Shown here: piece after piece, positions 61,212 to 64,000 of the stretch
Layout: the number at the start of each line of letters is the position of its first letter
How positions within the stretch are numbered: position 1 is the first letter of the stretch
Source of the DNA: an uncultured delta proteobacterium
GTDB taxonomy: Bacteria > Myxococcota > Myxococcia > Myxococcales > Anaeromyxobacteraceae
NCBI GenBank assembly: GCA_963845515.1
Contig: CAWJSR010000028.1
Span: 64,001 to 128,000 of the forward strand
Length of the DNA: 64,000 nucleotides
Direction of reading: 5' to 3'
The notes under the pieces: model-generated
Database searches by the model: none
The model's input: only the letters and a program-made list of their open reading frames with translations
What the model was told of the DNA's origin: nothing
Position numbers and translations under genes: made by a program

Positions 61212-62936
61212 ATGAACGCGGCCCGATACTCCAGGATGTTCATCCCCACGCTCAAGGAAGCGCCGACCGACGCCCAGGTCGCCTCCCACAAGCTGCTCGT
61301 CCGCGCCGGCTTCATCCGGCAGCTCGGGGCGGGCATCTACGACTACCTGCCGCTCGCCCGGCGCTCGCTCGCCAAGATCGAGCGGATCGTCCGGGAGGAG
61401 ATGGACGCCATCGGCGGCCAGGAGTTCCACCTCCCCGCCCTCCACCCCGCCGAGATCTGGAAGGAGAGCGGCCGGTGGGACGTCATGGGCGACAACATGT
61501 TCCGGCTCAAGGACCGGAAGGGCGCCGACTACTGCCTCGGGATGACGCACGAGGAGATCTTCACCGCCATCGCCCGCGACGAGCTGCGCAGCTACCGGCA
61601 GCTGCCGCAGGTCTGGTACCAGATCCAGTCCAAGTTCCGCGACGAGCCTCGCCCGAAGTCGGGGCTGCTCCGCGTCCGGCAGTTCACGATGAAGGACGCC
61701 TACTCCTTCGACGTGGACCGCGCCGGGCTCGACAAGTCATACGAGGATCAGCGCCAGGCCTACGAGAAGATCTTCAGCCGCTGTGGCCTCCAGTTCGTCG
61801 CGGTCCAGGCCCACTCCGGCTCGATGGGCGGCTCGGAGTCCTCCGAGTTCATGGTGCGGACCGACGCGGGCGAGGACCTCGTCGCCGCCTGCCCGAAGTG
61901 CCGGTACGCCGCCAACACGGAGACCGCCACCTCGCGGCTCCCGGCGGAGAGCGACCAGCCCGGTCCGGCCGAGCTGGAGAAGTTCGCGACCCCGGGCGTC
62001 GTGACGATCGAGGCGCTGCAGCGGCAGCCCTACGGCGTCGGCGCGAAGCGCCAGCTCAAGACGCTCGTCTACGTCGCCGACGGGGAGCTGGTGGTCGCGG
62101 TCGTTCGCGGCGACCAGGATCTGAACGAGGCGAAGCTCCAGACCGCCACCGGCGCGGCGGACGTGCGCCCGGCCCACCCGGAGGAGATCCCGGCGCTGAT
62201 GGGGGCGCACGCCGGCTCGCTCGGCGCGGTGAGGCTCACGAAGGCGCCCGTCTTCGTCGACCCGTCGGTGGCCGACCGCAAGAACATGGTCACGGGGGCC
62301 AACGAGGACGGCTTCCACGTGAAGGGCGTCGACGTGGCGCGCGACCTCCTCGGCCACGGGAAGCTCGCGGACCTCCGGACGGTCAAGGCGGGCGAGGGCT
62401 GCCCGAAGTGCGACGGCGCGCTCGAGGTCTACAAGGCGCTCGAGATCGGCCACATCTTCAAGCTGGGCACCAAGTACTCCGAGTCGCTCAAGGCGACCGT
62501 CCTCGACCCCGAGGGGAAGGCGGTCCCGATCGTGATGGGATCGTACGGCATCGGCGTCGAGCGGATCCTGGCCGCCGCCATCGAGCTCCACCACGACGCC
62601 GCCGGCATCCGCTGGCCTCTCGCGATCGCCCCCTTCCACGCCACCGTCGTCACCCTCGGCCCGGAGCCCGAGCTGAAGGCGGCGGCCGAGGAGGTGGTGG
62701 CGGCGCTCGGCAGGGCGGGGATCGAGGTCCTCTTCGACGATCGCGAGGAGCGCGCCGGCGTGAAGTTCAAGGACGCGGATCTCATCGGCATCCCGATCCG
62801 GATCGCGATCGGCAAGCGGGGGCTGGCGGAGGGGAAGGCGGAGTTCAAGCTGCGCGACCAGCAGGACGCGGAGCTGGTGCCGCTGGCCGACGTCGCCCCA
62901 CGCGCGCGCGCGCTCGTGGACGCCGTCCCGCGGTAG
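61212..62936 (+). CDS. proS: Prolyl-tRNA synthetase with editing insertion
   Basis: [57 protein letters not shown]. Confidence 0.98.
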   Translation: MNAARYSRMFIPTLKEAPTDAQVASHKLLVRAGFIRQLGAGIYDYLPLARRSLAKIERIVREEMDAIGGQEFHLPALHPAEIWKESGRWDVMGDNMFRLKDRKGADYCLGMTHEEIFTAIARDELRSYRQLPQVWYQIQSKFRDEPRPKSGLLRVRQFTMKDAYSFDVDRAGLDKSYEDQRQAYEKIFSRCGLQFVAVQAHSGSMGGSESSEFMVRTDAGEDLVAACPKCRYAANTETATSRLPAESDQPGPAELEKFATPGVVTIEALQRQPYGVGAKRQLKTLVYVADGELVVAVVRGDQDLNEAKLQTATGAADVRPAHPEEIPALMGAHAGSLGAVRLTKAPVFVDPSVADRKNMVTGANEDGFHVKGVDVARDLLGHGKLADLRTVKAGEGCPKCDGALEVYKALEIGHIFKLGTKYSESLKATVLDPEGKAVPIVMGSYGIGVERILAAAIELHHDAAGIRWPLAIAPFHATVVTLGPEPELKAAAEEVVAALGRAGIEVLFDDREERAGVKFKDADLIGIPIRIAIGKRGLAEGKAEFKLRDQQDAELVPLADVAPRARALVDAVPR

Positions 62937-62937
62937 G

Positions 62938-64000
62938 ATGCGGGACGGGGACGTAGCCCCCGGGGAGGTCCGCGTGCGAGCCAGGCTGAGCGTTGGAGCC
63001 GACGGGGAGATCGCGCTCCCGCAGGAGGGCGCCGAGGCGCTCGGGCTTCCCGAGGGGGCAGAGGTCGATCTCGTCGCGGCGCGCGGCGGGTTCGCCCTCG
63101 TGACGCCGGCCGCCGCCGACGGGCCCGAGGCCTGGTTCGCCGGGTCCCTCGCGTCGCTCACCGTCCCCGAGGTGATCCAGTTCATCTTCACGACGATCAA
63201 GAGCGGGACCCTGACCCTGTCCTTCGGCGCCGACGCGCGCCGGGTCGCGGAGGCGGGGGCCGGCGCCCGGCCGCAGCGGCGCACGCTCTACTTCCACGAG
63301 GGGCAGGTCGTCTTCGCCTCCTCCAGCGATCCGGCCGACCGGCTGGGCTCGGTGCTCTGGCGGCAGGGGATCGTCCATCAGACCGACCTCGCCCGGTGCG
63401 GCAAGCTCATCCGCTCCGGCCGCCCGCTCGGGCAGGTCCTGGTCGACGAGAAGATCCTCACCTCGGGCCAGCTCTACGAGGCGATCACGATCCAGGTCAA
63501 GGAGATCCTCCTCGCGTCCTGCCTCGAGCAGGAGGGGGAGTTCGCCTTCGTCGAGGGGCCGTTCGACGAGTCGAGCTCGGTGAAGCTGGAGGAGCGGACG
63601 CGCGACCTCCTCCTCCAGGGAATGAAGCGGATCGAGGAGGTCGAGCAGCTCGCCGCGCGCATCGGCGGGCGCGGGGCGATCCTCGTGCGCGGCGCGGCCG
63701 ACTCGGATGGACTCGAGGGGCCCGAGGGGAAGCTGATCGAGGAGGCCGACGGCCGCAGGACCATCTGCGAGCTGGCCAGCGCCAGCGGGCTAGGGCTCTA
63801 CGAGACGCTCAGGCTCGCCGCCCCGCTCGTCGAGGCGGAGGCCCTGGCCGTGGGCGAGGCGGAGCCGCCGGCGCCACCCGAGGAGGCCGAGGAGTATGAC
63901 GTGGGCGTCGACATCGCCATCGAGGTCGAGCCCGCGCCCCCCGCGACGAAGGGGCCGCGGCCATCGGGCCCCTTCGAGACCTATCGCCGGATCGTGAAGC
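62938..64000 (+). CDS. DUF4388 (PatA-N-like) domain protein, runs off the window end
   Basis: Open frame from ATG 62938: FAGSLASLTVPEVIQFI...SGTL...LYFHEGQVVFASS...RLGSVL...GQVLV. Confidence 0.8.
   Translation, partial: MRDGDVAPGEVRVRARLSVGADGEIALPQEGAEALGLPEGAEVDLVAARGGFALVTPAAADGPEAWFAGSLASLTVPEVIQFIFTTIKSGTLTLSFGADARRVAEAGAGARPQRRTLYFHEGQVVFASSSDPADRLGSVLWRQGIVHQTDLARCGKLIRSGRPLGQVLVDEKILTSGQLYEAITIQVKEILLASCLEQEGEFAFVEGPFDESSSVKLEERTRDLLLQGMKRIEEVEQLAARIGGRGAILVRGAADSDGLEGPEGKLIEEADGRRTICELASASGLGLYETLRLAAPLVEAEALAVGEAEPPAPPEEAEEYDVGVDIAIEVEPAPPATKGPRPSGPFETYRRIVK

Overview
Very GC-rich bacterial DNA. Gene content (MYXO-CTERM-like tail, Myxococcus-type PilZ protein, DUF4388 protein, cytochrome c fusion) points to an Anaeromyxobacter-like member of Myxococcota; this is an inference. 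Bases 1-12.8 kb hold a type I-G (formerly I-U) CRISPR-Cas island: 3' end of cas7/csb1, csb2, cas3 with a C-terminal HD domain, a short cas8g-like gene, an inserted RHH-RelE/ParE-RHH toxin-antitoxin block, cas4-cas1, cas2, a leader and a 33-repeat/32-spacer array (36-nt repeat). The most striking feature is an Nmad3-like gene bracketed by the truncated last repeat and a further orphan partial repeat, which sits just upstream of an XRE regulator. The rest is mostly housekeeping and envelope genes: aldehyde dehydrogenase, PAS kinase, orphan Phd with a deleted vapC, MacAB-TolC-type exporter, glmU-glmS-thpR, a giant Ig-repeat surface protein coupled to a receptor-less che cluster, a eukaryote-type alanine aminotransferase, mprF-acvB, a creD/B/C-like operon, moaC, trxB, DsbA, ispG, a degenerate CydA-like diheme cytochrome and proS. 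Many single-base frameshifts suggest an imperfectly polished long-read assembly. All family calls come from motif recognition by eye, with no database searches.
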